Origin: Octopus sinensis
Lineage: Eukaryota
NCBI RefSeq assembly: GCF_006345805.1
Contig: NC_043003.1
Span: forward strand, 55,924,001 to 55,988,000
DNA: 64,000 nucleotides
Direction of reading: 5' to 3'
Shown here piece by piece: positions 20,263-34,865 of the stretch. A model generated the notes under the pieces. It saw nothing but the letters and a program-made list of their open reading frames with translations. It made no database searches and was not told where the DNA came from. The position numbers and the translations under genes are program-made. Positions within the stretch are counted from its first letter, which is position 1. Each line of letters starts with the position of its first letter.

Positions 20263-23243
20263 AATATATATAAATGCATGTTTATGTATGTGTAGTTATG
20301 TGTGAGTGGGTATAGGTGGTGTAGATGTATATATGTATGTATATGCATATATTTGTATATGTGTCTGTATGTATATATGCATATATATATATATGTGTGT
20401 GTGTGTGTATTTGTATATATATGTATATGTATATATATTTATAAGTATATATGTACATCCCTTATTCTTGATGGACTTAACTCTCCTTCCCCCTGTTCTC
20501 CGTTGCCAGCGGTCTTATCTTTATTCACATCTTTATCGTATTTTTATCTTTATTTCAATTACTCATTTCTTTTTTCTTTCTTTCTTTCTTTCTTACTTTG
20601 TTTCTTTGCTTCTTTCTATCTTTCTTCTTCTTCTTTAACTTCTCTATTTTTTTTCATATATTCACCCCGTTTTTTGTGTATATGTTTTTTGTGTGTATAA
20701 TTGCAGTAAAAAAAATTCTGTGCTATTTAAGTAAACATTAAAACATACATTTTTCAGTTTGGAAAACGGCTATTTGAAACTTGAAACTCATACCTGAATC
20801 ACACACTGTAAACATTATCAATACAAGAAAGACATCTCTACTATTTTTTTAAATACATAATACTGTACCATGAACTTTTTTTATATGCTACTATATGTGT
20901 GTGTGTGTGTATGTGTAATGATATTGGGCGTGTGCACATGAACACATTTACATGACGTAAACAGACGGAAGCCAAGAATTGATTTGGTCAAGAAAATATT
21001 TTGTTTGGACGGCATAATAACCATTTTATCAGGTAGTTGTTAAGTCTCATAGTAGCAACAAGATTCTATTGCCGTTTGCCCCATCAAATAGATGTTAAGT
21101 TTTATGACAGTAGTAGCGGATTTTCTTTAAACAGACATTAAATGTCTGGACACTGAGACTTATAGCGTATTTATCTAAAGTCCAAATATTTATCATTATA
21201 TCTTTGAGCTACTCACGGATTTCTTCTTTATGTATTTTTCCTAGCTACACCCATTCCTACACACACGCACGTGCTCGCACACTCACATCCACCTACCCAA
21301 ACACACAGATACTTATTCGCAGATATCATCGTTAGTATATTTACTTTATCTTGCCTACTAAAAAGAAATTCATTTAAGATAATGGCAAATGAATCTATAT
21401 ACACGCACATTTTAAAGTTTAATGTTCGTATCTATACACTCATAGATAAGAGTACATCTCCAGTTGAGCTCCAACCGATACACCCATATACTCAAACCTA
21501 ATGATTATTGATTATTCAAGTATAAATACATCTGGACAAAAGAAGTTGAATTGTTACAGCATCTACTAGGCAGCTATTTTCAAGATCCTTAAATATTGAT
21601 GTTCGTGTAAATCGAAATGTTTTGTGTTGGTGAATCCTTTCAAAAGGGTTTCAGTTATTAAGTACCATTAATCACATGAAGTCTTTCGGGGTTATAATGG
21701 TTATAATAGTTTGTACTTCCGGTGGAAATATAAAACCATTAAGAAAGTGATATCAAAATCTCCTCATTTTGTTTATGTTTTTCCTTTTTGCTGATAAAGT
21801 CCGAATAATTCGAATCGTAGTAACATTCAATCCAAAACATTTTCTTTCATTCCAGCGTGAAACTAATGTGTCGACATCATGTTTCCGTTATTGGTTTGCT
21901 TGTGGTGTTCTTAAGACACACAGTTTGATTTTCCACAATATTTGAATTAAATTATATCGTATGTATATATGTATGTATGCACGTACGTATGTATGTATCA
22001 ATCTATCTATATATCTGTCAATCTATCTCTACGTACATATGTGTATACATATTTCTCTGTTTAGAAGTGTATGTACCTATGTGCTTCAGAAAATTGAAAT
22101 AACTAGAATTTACAAAATCTATACCTACATACATATAAAGAATTGTTTGTGTGTGTGTGTCTGTGAGTGTGTAAGTGTGTGTGTATATGCATAAATAAAT
22201 ATATGAATATATATATACATATATATATACATATATATACATATATATATATACACTTGTATACACTCATACACACATATATACACACATATACCCACAC
22301 ATATATACACACACATATATATATCTGTACATATACACACACACACACACACATATAAATATATATGCATATATGCACACATATATATACATACATACAT
22401 ATCCATATACACATACGTACATACATACACATACATACGTACCCATTTCTGTGATTGTGAGTGTATGAACATAGTGTACTCGAGAGAAAAAGTTGAAATA
22501 GGAGTGATTATTGTTACATATTGCTGGAGGAATAGTAGAATATCTCTGTATGCATAATATATCAGTATGTTAAAATGTCAGTGCGGCGCAGCTGGAATCA
22601 CTTAAATTAAAACATTTTCCTGAGGTGGTTCAATATGTTTGAAATATATCCGTTGGTGTTGATACCCAGTTGTTCATTTTAACCGCATTTCCTATATTTA
22701 TCAGTATTTCCTCTATTGTATTAATATTTTGACCAACTGATCTTATTGCAAATAATTTCTTCGATTGTACTTTCTTCATTTTAGTCTTCTATTAGATTTT
22801 AAACACCCGTCGTTTGAGAATTTTTACCTCGAACAGTGAGATTTTATTCACTTGATACTGCGTTTTATATTCACTGTATAAATTACTAGAGACCCTACCT
22901 TATATTTTTCATAAAGAGCACTCTCTTGTGTTAAAGTACTGCAATATAATTTTGCTCCTATTCCATTGTTTCCACAACTGACTACTCTACAAGAAAAGCT
23001 GAGACCATATGTTGCCACTCGAGCTTTCAGTACTAGCAGTGAAATGCCCCTCAAATCAAAGTTATAGATGTATTGGATATACTGAGTATAACTAGATATT
23101 TGAATAAAATGTTAGTTCATTTTATGTGCGTTCGATCATAGTAACTCGGATTTCAACAACGAAAACAAAAACTACTACTACTACTAATACTACTACCAAC
23201 ACCAACACCAACACCACCACCACCACTACTACTACTACTACTG

Positions 23244-23274
<31 letters not shown>

Positions 23275-23749
23275 AGCAGGAGCATAAAAATGTCCATAAT
23301 TTAGCAATTTTACTATCGGATTGACACCAAATTAATTATGGTAGGAAGTAATAAATTTTTATGCTTATCACTATTAGGATACTTCAGTACAGTCGAATGA
23401 CAACTGTGGAGTAGTCAATTAACTACATTAACCATACAGCAGTCTTTCCGTTGCTGCTACTGCTGTTTCAAATAATGGCGAGATGTACAAATTATAACAT
23501 ACAATCTTTAAAAATAAAATACACATTGGATAATGCAATACTTGCGTTAGACATTGAGTAACATTTAATTGGAATGGGTAGATTGTCATTTTGTGATTGA
23601 TCCAGGCCTAAACACCCTAGTTATGGCACACCAGCAGCACAGCCTTTATGTCATCGTTTCAGCCGTTTCAAATATCATGCAAGTTACCATTGAAATACAA
23701 CTTAGTATTTCAAATGAATGAATATCACACTGGTTAATGAAGGGCAATA

Positions 23750-23940
23750 TATTGGGTTGTCCGGAAAGTTCGTGCCGCTTTATAGTAGTTTACCTTTCGA
23801 CTTATTTTAGAACATGGTTGAGTCCATAAAAGAGGATTTGACTACACCTCCATTTAGAGAACAGTTTAAGCTATCTTTTCGTGGAAGAAAGTTTATGTTA
23901 CTATACCCTCTGTTAATTCTCTAACCCTTTAAAATGGAAG
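23750..23940 (-). mobile_element. Tc1/mariner terminal fragment
   Basis: TA followed by ttgggttgtccggaaagttcgtgccg resembles a mariner TIR. No partner TIR was found. Confidence 0.5.
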
Positions 23941-24014
23941 ATAAGAAAGTTCATTATTTGAATTTTAAAAAAGGTAACGGCAGAGAAAGTGGGAGACCCT
24001 CTATAGCTCTATTG

Positions 24015-24315
24015 CTCTAAACGAGGGGATCCCAACCGGGAGAAGTCCACAGAATCTTTAAGGTGGTCCACGAGTAAACAATTGTAATTTGTGGGTCCAT
24101 ATATAACTTTTGTTTACTAGGAGATGTACCTGTATTTATTGAAATTTTCAAGATTCGTATTGAGAATTTATGTTATGAATATAACGAAATTGTTTCATTG
24201 TTAGTCAATACTAGCCTACAAAAAAATATTTTATTTCAAAAATATACATGTGCATATACCAGGTCCACAGATGATAAGATAGCTCTCAGGGAGTCGACAG
24301 GTTTAGAGTCTAAAC
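24015..24315. mobile_element. Degenerate hAT-type MITE
   Basis: Left end gaggggatcccaacc. Flanking 8-mers ctctaaac (24015-24022) and gtctaaac (24308-24315) resemble an hAT target-site duplication. The right TIR is not recognisable. Confidence 0.4.
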
Positions 24316-25339
24316 AAAGGGAGTGTAGCTAGAAAAAACAAGATTTTAAAGCGGAAATAAAAATCGGTGCGGTTTGGGTTTTGGGGTGAGGAGTGTATAA
24401 TACTATATATATAAAACTGATTAGTTAAATACTGTCGTGTATAGTCAATTTAGAATTCATTAAGATTTGCTACGGTTGAATTGAATTAAATAAAGGTGAA
24501 TTAAATCAGGTGCAATAGTTAACAATTGAATTAAAGATTAGGTAAAAATAAGTCCCTGGATACAATAATATCAGATTGCTTATTAATTTCTTTAATCAGG
24601 TTGTGCAATTTCCTCAATTGTTCATTGTTTATCATTATTATCGTTTGAACTTGAAGTTGCACAAGTGGAAGAACTTCTGCAGCAATTTGATATTCTTTTA
24701 AATCCGTACAGAGTAACTTATGTAATCTCGACATTGATTCTCTACTAATAAAAGCAACAATAGAACGATTTGAAGTTAACAATATTTGTAATCTTAATAG
24801 CATTCAGTTGTTTTCCGGTAAATATTCGGTAAATATGGGTAATTCAGAGATTAGCCTCGACTAGGTACATACAAAAGAACTAAACATAGCATTAAGGAGT
24901 TTAACCATATGAGAAAAATGTAATATAATGTAATATTTCACGTAAACTCGTGGGAGTTGATATGTATATAAATTATGAATACAAAATTAAGAGAACTAGA
25001 ATATGCATGTAGTATAATGCTATGTACGGAATCCTTGTAGCAGTAGCCATTGCATGAATGTTATTGAAGTTGATAGACTGACATCCCCTCCACTTCTAGC
25101 AAAATGTTTTCAATGGACATACTGTAGTGTTTACATATTCTGCCATAGCTAATTTAGTGGATACTATAGTGACTATTAACACCTGTAAATTGAATACCAT
25201 CAGGAACAGCGAACGTAAATTTAATTTTCAGAACGAATAGAATACTCTGTGTCTACTAAACATAACATACATCTATCAGCTGCAAAATGAGATGATCATA
25301 ATGATATGGTTTCTCCTGTGAGTAATAACATCATCACTA

Positions 25340-25480
25340 TGAGAAAAAATAAAGCCACTTTTAAATACATGCCTAAAAGAATGTGTAACTGTAAGAACGG
25401 TGGGAAAATGCCGCTTGGATACCCAATGTTTGGAGAATACTCTAATATAGAATTGCACACTTATTCTGTTTTCTATAAAT
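25340..25480 (+). mobile_element. PLE Zn-linker/endonuclease remnant
   Basis: CNCKNGGK, then after a frameshift CRLDTQCLENTLI*, resembling PLE CNC...CPL...CL...IY. Confidence 0.5.
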
Positions 25481-26293
25481 ATCTAGTAAAACATGCTCAA
25501 ACTTCATACACACACATCATATCTAATAACGTCTTTACGTCCCACAAAGGTTGGTGCCAGATTTCTCCTAATCCTTCTCTGAAATATTACATACATAACA
25601 TACCAAGAACTGAATTTTCAACTAATCTTTAATCTAATCCTTAACTACTGTACCAGACATTATTTAACTTCATTCAATTTCATTAACTTCATTAAAACGT
25701 AACTCTCCTTCAACATACTACATTTATTATAAACTCAATTGGGCCATACACGTACCACTTTTTCTCTATTTCGTTAATTTGAAATCCCTTCTCTGTTTAA
25801 CTTACTGCCTCCATTGTCTTCAAGGACTAAAGATAACGTAGCAGTACCCTTAAATCTGTATTCACTGTACTAGCTAACATTTAAACTTAATGATATCTCA
25901 GGTTTGGAAATTTAGGAAGGCTATACTAAATCGAGAAAGGAAATTAGATATGTGGCTTATCAACAATCACCACATACAATATTAACTAGATGGAGAATTT
26001 TTGATGTTTATAATTCTCACACAGTACAAACACAGTTCCCACCACAAGATATGTGTCATGGAAAACCACACAAAGTAAGTAATAAATTTAGAGTTTGAGG
26101 AGAATGGCTCCGGGCTAGCTATTACATCAATTAATTGCTTAATTGAGTAAATAATTGATCAAATATGTTTACAAACCCATGTGTAGCGGAGAAATAGTTA
26201 TTCTAACATTCCAAAACGATCTGACCAATGTCTAACATTACATAGCAAAATCACCTTCATTTGAAAGCCAAACACATACACGCGCGCGCAATA

Positions 26294-26333
<40 letters not shown>

Positions 26334-26744
26334 AACACAAAAACACACATGTATATACAATATTTATCAATTTGAGTGTCTAACGACTTCACTATGTCGA
26401 TATATCAGCCGACCTATCTGAGTGTTTCTCAGCTAGTATACACATATATTAGCACGAACACATAATATTTAAGATAGCGTTGATTGTACCACATCTTCGT
26501 ATAGTTTATATACATAAGTATATAGTGTATATGCAGAAGTATGGCATGCATGTGGGACGAGTGTTTCCAAGGCATGGAACATGAAAGAATCTCGAACGTC
26601 AATAGTGGACATCATAAAATAAAGCTATAAGATGAAATGAAATTGTGTTTAAATAACGTGCATTTGTAAATCAGTGAATAAATACTGCATAAATACTGCC
26701 CATAAATTTTGATATATATAAATACATGCATTTAATATTGTTTT

Positions 26745-27327
26745 CTACTCTAGGTACAAGGCCCAAAATTTGGGGGCGGGGGCAGTCGAGTTGATCGACA
26801 CCAGTACACAACAGGTACTTAATTCATCGACCCCCGGCGGAATTTGAACTCAGAACGTAAAGAAAGACGAAATACTTTTCTAATCTGGACACAAGGCTCG
26901 AAATGTTGAGGTAGGCGGCCAGTCGATTAGACCGACTCTAGTACACAACTGGTACTTAATTCATCGACCCCCGACAAGATGAAAGGCAAAGTCGACCTCG
27001 GCGGATTTGGACTCAGAACGTAATGACAGACGAAATACTGCGAAGTATTTCGCCCGACGTGCTAACGTTGCTGCCAGCTCGCCGCCTTACATGTATTTAA
27101 TAATTATTTCTTTATTGCCTTTAGAGTGGACAAACCTGGAGAGACAAAAGGATTAAGTCCGTTACATCGAACACAAGTGCATAACTGGTACTTATTTAAT
27201 CGACCCCGAAAGAAAGAAAGAAAGACAAAGTCGACATCGGCGGAATTGGAACTCAGAATGTAATGACAGACGACATAGCGCTAAGCATTTCGTCCGGCGT
27301 GCTAACGTTGCTGCCAGCTCGCCGACA
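26745..27327 (-). mobile_element. Cluster of three tRNA-derived SINEs
   Basis: Copies at about 26745-26880 (headless), 26880-27090 and 27105-27327, with the same family motifs. Confidence 0.88.
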
Positions 27328-27699
27328 TACATACATGTAATATTAAAGAGCAATGTTGAGTAAACTGAGAAATATCTACTGAAAAAAAGATAATGAAATA
27401 TAACCGGTAGTGATATCCGAAAAGCTTTCTACACAAAAGGCAGTGACAAACTGAAAAACGCTTAAACAAAATATATTTAGTACTAAAGATACAGGGAGAA
27501 AAGTCACACTATTAATAATAAGAAATGTGAAAGAAAAAGGCAAAAAAAAATTTTAAACATGCAATGTGTGCCAAGTAGAAATGCGAATGAGTGGTTCATC
27601 ATATCAAACACAAGAATACATACGCATTTACATACACATATAAGTATATATATCAATACATGCATATTGAAACACACACATATATATATATATATAGTT

Positions 27700-27917
27700 A
27701 ATCCAAACATAAAAACAAAAGAGAAAACACAACAACGCGAGGACGTGGAACAAGTATAGTGTTATTGGAGGCTCAGGAAAAGAAAGAAAGAAGGAGGATC
27801 TAACGTTTCGTAGGGAACTCTTCATCAAAAACATAGAAAAAGAAAAGGTCCAAGGAAGGGAAGAGAGAGGAAAAAGTTGCCAACGATACACATGCGGGCA
27901 CATATTGAATGTACCAG

Positions 27918-27962
<45 letters not shown>

Positions 27963-28170
27963 CATACATACATACCTATATATATATATACGAAAATAAA
28001 CAAAAGACGAAGGCAGGTGGAGTACAAACAAACAAATGTATTAGTAAAGCGCTCAGGAATAGAAATAGAAAAAGTATTTTACGTTTCGAGCCTACGCTCT
28101 TCGAAAGAAAGATACACAGAAAGAAACAAGGAGAGAAACAAGGAGAGAAAAAAATGCGTGCAGGAGCTAA
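27700..28170 (-). mobile_element. Two PLE pLTR remnants with degenerate hammerheads
   Basis: 27797-27833 reads UUGAUGA...GAAACGUU. 28077-28111 reads CUUUCGA-A-GAGCGUAGGCUC-GAAACGUA and is the same family as 18865-18900. Confidence 0.6.
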
Positions 28171-28694
28171 CGATCTATCATGGCGTCCTACATACACACA
28201 CGCACACACACATATACACAACATCTAATCTATGTATCAACGTGATAATGTAATTATCTTTAAATTGACCATTGCGCGTGTCTTACTTTCATAGATCCAT
28301 ATCTTTCTTTCTATCTTCCCAATAATACATGATATGTGCGAGTGCGAGTGCATTAATGTGTCTCATAATATTTCTCCACGTGAGTCTATAAACTTGGACG
28401 TCTGTGCGTATTTCTCATATGTATAATTCTCTAAATATTATTCATGCATTTTTTTTCCAACGAATATTCAACCCTGATGCTATTTTTATTTCATACGTTT
28501 TTGTTTTTTTGCTTTGATCCAAGTTATGCTTGGTTAAATTAAACGCATTATTGCTTCAGAATCGAAGGAGAGTTGTGTATGTATATGCGTTGACAAGTTT
28601 ATAAAAATACATAGGGATGTTAATGTGATATTTGTATATGAATGTATACGCGCACAAACACATATATAAAAGTATATGTAGACATATATATATA

Positions 28695-28736
<42 letters not shown>

Positions 28737-28868
28737 TGTGTGTGTGTTTGTATGTATGGGTATATATTTATATATATATTTATATTGACTAGGTAAAAGT
28801 ACATGTGTATATACACGTATATATATATATTACGAATATGTGCGTTTCTATGTATGTATGTACGTACG

Positions 28869-28910
<42 letters not shown>

Positions 28911-29337
28911 TATACATATATATTATATAATATATATAATATATATATATTATATATATATATATATATGCATATTTATTTATTTATATAAGCACACGCA
29001 CACATATGCATATGTATAAATATGTATGTGCATAGAATCGCGTGTGAGTGTGTTTACACAGAAAATATATCATTATATTTTCGTATCTGAGTTCCTGTTG
29101 ATTTGTATAATTTTAGATTTTGCTTTATCATGTTATGCACTTTTACGTACGCATGTATGTATATTTTATAAATGTGTATATGCACGCACACATACACACA
29201 GGCAGATTTAGACACGAATAGATATATATGCATTCCTATATTCATATATGTATATATTTACACACATATAGATATATATATATATATATTCTTATATTCA
29301 TATATGTATATATATATATATAATATATATATATATA

Positions 29338-29410
<73 letters not shown>

Positions 29411-29779
29411 ATTATATATATATGCATTTACATATACATATATATGCATGTACATATTTATATATACTTACATATATATATATATATATACGCATACTCT
29501 CAACGCACATGAACCTAAATATATCTGTGATGGTCTATGTTCGCATGCGTGTTTGCCTGTATATCGCAAGGAATATACATCATTATATCTTCTTACTTGT
29601 TATGTTATTGATGTATAGAAATTTTAGATGCGGAAACGTTTGTGTATTTAGTGTATATATACATAAATATATACATTCGATTATGTCCATAAATTTAGGA
29701 ATATATAGATATACATGTGTATGGATCTCCATATGAATATATATATGTACATCTATGTTTATGTATATGTATATGTGTA

Positions 29780-29835
<56 letters not shown>

Positions 29836-30156
29836 TGTATGTGTGCGTGTGTGCGTACATTCACATGTTTGTGAATGTGTTTATGAAACTCCGAGTAATG
29901 ATGTAGTCAAACAATTGTTGCCCGAAATATATGTACACACAAACCACACATCACATGAAAATTATAACTATACACACATACACACACACATATATATAGA
30001 TATGTATATATATATAAATATATATATAAATATGTATATGTATATATGTATGTAGGTATAAATATTATGTGCGTAGATGTCGTGTGTGAACAGGCGCGTA
30101 TACGTGTGTGCTTATATATATAAATATATAAATATATACATACATATATATATATA

Positions 30157-30703
30157 TACATCGAATGTTTGTGTGTGAATACACACACACATAATAATAT
30201 ATATATATATATAATATATATTATATATATACATATATACATATATAAGCATATATGTATGTATATGTATATATTTATACAAATGTCTGTATAAATATAT
30301 TTTCACGTGCATTTATAAAAATATGTTGATAAATATAATTTTTTTTGCAAAGAAACCAAAGTATAAGAGAAACAAACGAAGACAAAATCGAATATCTGCT
30401 GGAACTAAATATCGAACACGTCCATCCAATATCCGTTTTAAAGTATCTTGATACGTAGGTCACGCTGAAAGCGATCGAGAGGTCACATGTTTACGTGAGT
30501 TCTTGGTGAGAACGTGGAAATCTTGTTTTGACTGTTCAAGACATCGTTTTCGAAAAACTATATTTCAATCATGAATGCTCTTCAAATTTCCATTCGAACC
30601 AGAGAAATATAGTTTATCTTGATATTCCAGTATATTGCTTGGTTGATTATTGTTTATTTTTTCCATATTTATCGAATGTTGTATGTGAGTATATATAATA
30701 TAT

Positions 30704-30798
<95 letters not shown>

Positions 30799-31399
30799 CT
30801 TTGCATACATATATATGTATATATATATATATTTTTTTTTATGTGTGTGTACGTGTGTGATGTTTTGGCAATGCAAACAAAAATATTCAAAACATTATTA
30901 TTATTATTGTTGTTGTTGTTGTTGTTGTTGTTGTTCTTGTTTTTGTTATTATTTTGCAAGATTTACAGAGTGACTCAAGAGCGTTACTACTTATCAAAGT
31001 TTCTAAGTACTAACATACGAAACTCTCAAAGCTTAAATCTGTGTGCTGCTTCTACCATATATACTCACACAGACACACGCACATACCCACATATATATGT
31101 GTGTATAATACACACACACACACATATATATATGTGTGTGTGTGCGTGTGTGTGAGTATGTGTGTATTTTAATCGGAACCCAAACAGAAGAAAATCAAAA
31201 CTTATTCTATAGAGAAGGACATATTGAAAAAAAAAAACAATCTAAATTATGTAAGTGACTCATGGTCCGAGATTTTTCTGTGTGATATATATGAAAGCCC
31301 CCACACCCATAACTGTCGTACCTTGGATCACTTTATAACAACATATTGACGAAAAAATATGAGAAAAACTGTGTGAGTGTGTGTGTGTGTGTTTACTTG

Positions 31400-31439
<40 letters not shown>

Positions 31440-32942
31440 ATGTATACACATATGTATGTATGTATGCATGTATATAGATAAATAAATATCGTAGCCACTT
31501 CAACATGGCGTGTCCGTACGGACAGACTCTATTGCGATGTTTAACCCTAAGGGTACAGCTCCTCTAGCTGATTAACGATGCAGAGATGTATCTAATAAAT
31601 TGCAAGTACGGGTGTGAACCTCTACACCTTCTACCGACGGGAGCTCTTAGAAATTTTAGAACCAGCATTTTTGGCTGATATATATAAACTATACATACAT
31701 ACATACATATATATATATTATACATCGAATGTTTGTGTGTGAATACACACCACACACACACATATATATATATATATAATATATATATACATATATACAT
31801 ATATAAGCATATATGTATGTATATGTATATATTTATACAAATGTCTATATAAATATATTTTCACGTGCATGTATAAAAATATGTTGATAAATATATAATT
31901 TTTTTTGCAAAGAAACCAAAGTATAAGAGAAACAAACGAAGACAAAATCGAATTATCTGCTGGAACTAAATATCGAACACGTCCATCCAATATCCGTTTT
32001 AAAGTATCTTGATACGTAGGTCACGCTGAAAGCGATCGAGAGGTCACATGTTTACGTGAGTTCTTGGTGAGAACGTGGAAATCTTGTTTTGACTGTTCAA
32101 GGACATCGTTTTCGAAAAACTATATTTCCATCATGAAATGCTCTTCAAATTTCCATTCGAACCAGAGAAATATAGTTTATCTTGATATTCCAGTATATTG
32201 CTTGGTTGATTATTGTTTATTTTTTCCATATTTATCGAATGTTTGTATGTGAGTATATATTATATATATATAATATATATATTATATATATATATATAAT
32301 ATATATGTGTGTGTGTGGTGTGTTTGTGTGTGTGTGTGTATGTATGTATGTATCTTGCATACATATATATGTATATATATATATTTTTTTTTATGTGTGT
32401 GTACGTGTGTGATGTTTTGGCAATGCAAACAAAAATATTCAAAAAATATATTATTATTATTGTTGTTGTGTTGTTGTTGTTGTTTTGTCTTGTTTTTATT
32501 ATTTTTGCAAGATTTACAGAGTGACTCAAGAGCGTACTACTTATCAAAGTTTCTAAGTACTAACATACGAAACTCTCAAAGCTTAAATCTGTGTGCTGCT
32601 TCTACCATATATACTCACACAGACACACGCACATACCCACATATATGTGTGTATAATACACACACACACACATATATATATGTGTGTGTGTGCGTGTGTG
32701 TGAGTAGTGTGTATATTTAATCGGAACCCAAACAGAAGAAAAAATCAAAACTATTCTATAGAGAAGGACATATTGAAAAAAAAACAATCTAAATTATGTA
32801 AGTGACTCATGGTCCGAGATTTTTCTGTGTGATATATATGAAAGCCCCACACCCATAACTGTCGTACCTTGATCACTTTTAACAACATATGACGAAAAAA
32901 TATGAGAAAAACTGTGTGAGTGTGTGTGTGTGTGTTTACTTG

Positions 32943-32988
<46 letters not shown>

Positions 32989-33225
32989 CACCATATGTGT
33001 ATGTATGCATGTATATAGATAAATAAATATTCGTAGCCACTTCAACATGGCTGTCCGTACGGACATACTCTATGCGATGTTTAACCCTAAGGGTACAGCT
33101 CCTCTAGCTGATTAACGATGCAGAGATGTATCTAATAAATTGCAAGTACGGGTGTGAACCTCTACCACCTTCTACCGACGGGAGCTCTTAGAGAAATTTT
33201 AGAACCAGCATTTTTGCTGATATAT
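30157..33225. repeat. Tandem duplication with a period of about 1.56 kb
   Basis: 30157-31685 and 31721-33225 are collinear, anchored at tacatcgaatgtttgtgtgtgaat and agaaccagcattttt. Differences are mostly 1-2 nt indels. Confidence 0.95.
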
Positions 33226-33619
33226 ATACATATACATACATCATACATAATATATATATATATATATATACAAGAATATATTATATATAATATATATATA
33301 TATATATATAATATATATATATATAATATAAATAAATAAATATATGCATACACGCACAATTATATATATATACATATAAATACCACCCCCCACATATATA
33401 TATATAGTTCAAATTTACAGTAAATACAAGACGAAGTCAGGTGAAAGAACAAGACGTAGGTGTATTAGTTTGACGCTTGTGAAGATTCGAAAAGTCTTTA
33501 ACATTTAGATCGTTCGAAGAAACGATTCAAAAGGAAAAAAGGGGAGAGCAAAAATGGTTTAGGTATTAACAGCTCAACGTGAGCCTCAACTTCACTCCAT
33601 ATGGAATAGGTTGTGAAAC

Positions 33620-33960
33620 TCAATGAATACATTTTCATTCCCGGCGACAAAGTGTACTGTTACCCGGAGAGAAAAGCGTGTCCCGAAGAGAAAGGTTATT
33701 GTGCATAATGACAAAATTCTCAGGGAATGGCAAGTTCTTATAAGATGCTGTACGAAGTTTACAAAATCTGAAACGCTCTATGCAAATGAAGAGCAAAAGA
33801 AAAGAAGCTTGCGTTAAAATATAAAAACCAATCCCTAAACTTTCTTTAAATACGCGATAGAATCGGCTTCTATGCGTTGTGCAGGATTGGGCCACATCCC
33901 CACAAAGATGGCTCCTGTACAAGAAACCAAATGAGGATACGTGAAACAGTGAATGAATAA
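33620..33960 (+). mobile_element. CR1/L2-group LINE ORF2 linker remnant
   Basis: Broken peptide NEEQKK...NIKTNP*TFFKYA...RIGPHPHKDGSCTRNQ...RETVNE resembles NIK.NPK.FF.YA...IGPL...DGS.T. Confidence 0.55.
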
Positions 33961-34039
33961 ATCAAAAGTATATTCATCCCACCCATCCTTGTCTGTTTGA
34001 CTTTTTGTTGGCACACCGAAGAGACTGTATTGTTATCTA

Positions 34040-34865
34040 TTTAACTGATGCTGTTGATGATGATAATGATGACGATGTTGATTATGATGATGAGGATGAT
34101 GAGGAGGACAACGACGACGAAGATGACGATGATGCTGATGGCGACTACGACGACGATGAGGATGATGATAATGATAATGGTGATGACAATTGTGATGACG
34201 ATGAAGGCAATGATTCAGTAGTGATGGTGGTATTACTAGTTCTCTTCGTGGCGATGAAATTGGTGTTAGTGGTGGCGTTGGTGGGTGTTGGTGGTGATGG
34301 TGGGCGTTGGTGGTGATAGTAGGCGTTGGTGGTGATGGAAGAGTTAATGGTTGTGACTGTAGTGGTAGCGTTCGTGGTGATGTTAGTAGTGGTGGTGATG
34401 GTGATAGTGGTAGTGCTAGTGGTGGTGGGGTAGTGTTGGTTGTGGTGTTTGTTGGTGTCAGTCGTGGCGTTGGTGGTGATGGTGGTGATAGTAGTGTTGA
34501 TGGTTTGGTGGCGTGGCAGTAGCGTCATGATGTGTTGTTAGTGGTGGTGATAGTGATGGTGGTATTGCTAGGGGTGGTGGTAGTGGTGGTGGTGGGGTAG
34601 TGTTGGTTGTGGTGTTTGTTGGTGTCAGTCGTGGCGTTGGTGGTGATGGTGGTGATAGTAGTGTTGATGGTTGTGGCTGTGGCGGTAGCATCCATGATGG
34701 TGTTAGTAGTGGTGGTGATAGTGATGGTGGTATTGCTAGGGGTGGTGGTAGTGGTGGTGGTGGGTTAGTGTTGGTTGTGGTGTTTCTTGGTGTTAGTCGA
34801 GGCGTTAGTGGTGATGGTGCTGATGCTGTTGCTTTTGGTGGCGGCGGCGGCGGCGGCGGTGGTGA
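34040..34865. repeat. (GAT)n/(GGT)n low-complexity tract with three imperfect copies of a unit of about 150-170 bp
   Basis: gtgttggttgtggtgttt(g/c)ttggtgt(c/t)agtcg recurs at about 34432, 34600 and 34768. Confidence 0.85.

Noticed and set aside
24531-24803. 90-aa minus-strand ORF in non-repetitive AT-rich DNA
   Set aside because: No recognisable motif or convincing splice context, and the length is within chance expectation.
30457-30485. Two AGGTCA half-sites (direct repeat, 17-nt spacer), also present in the duplicate unit
   Set aside because: The spacing is not a standard nuclear-receptor element, and there is no linked gene or conservation evidence.
30353-30494. Possible plus-strand exon (poly-T...aag / tac-gtgagt)
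   Set aside because: All three frames contain stop codons.
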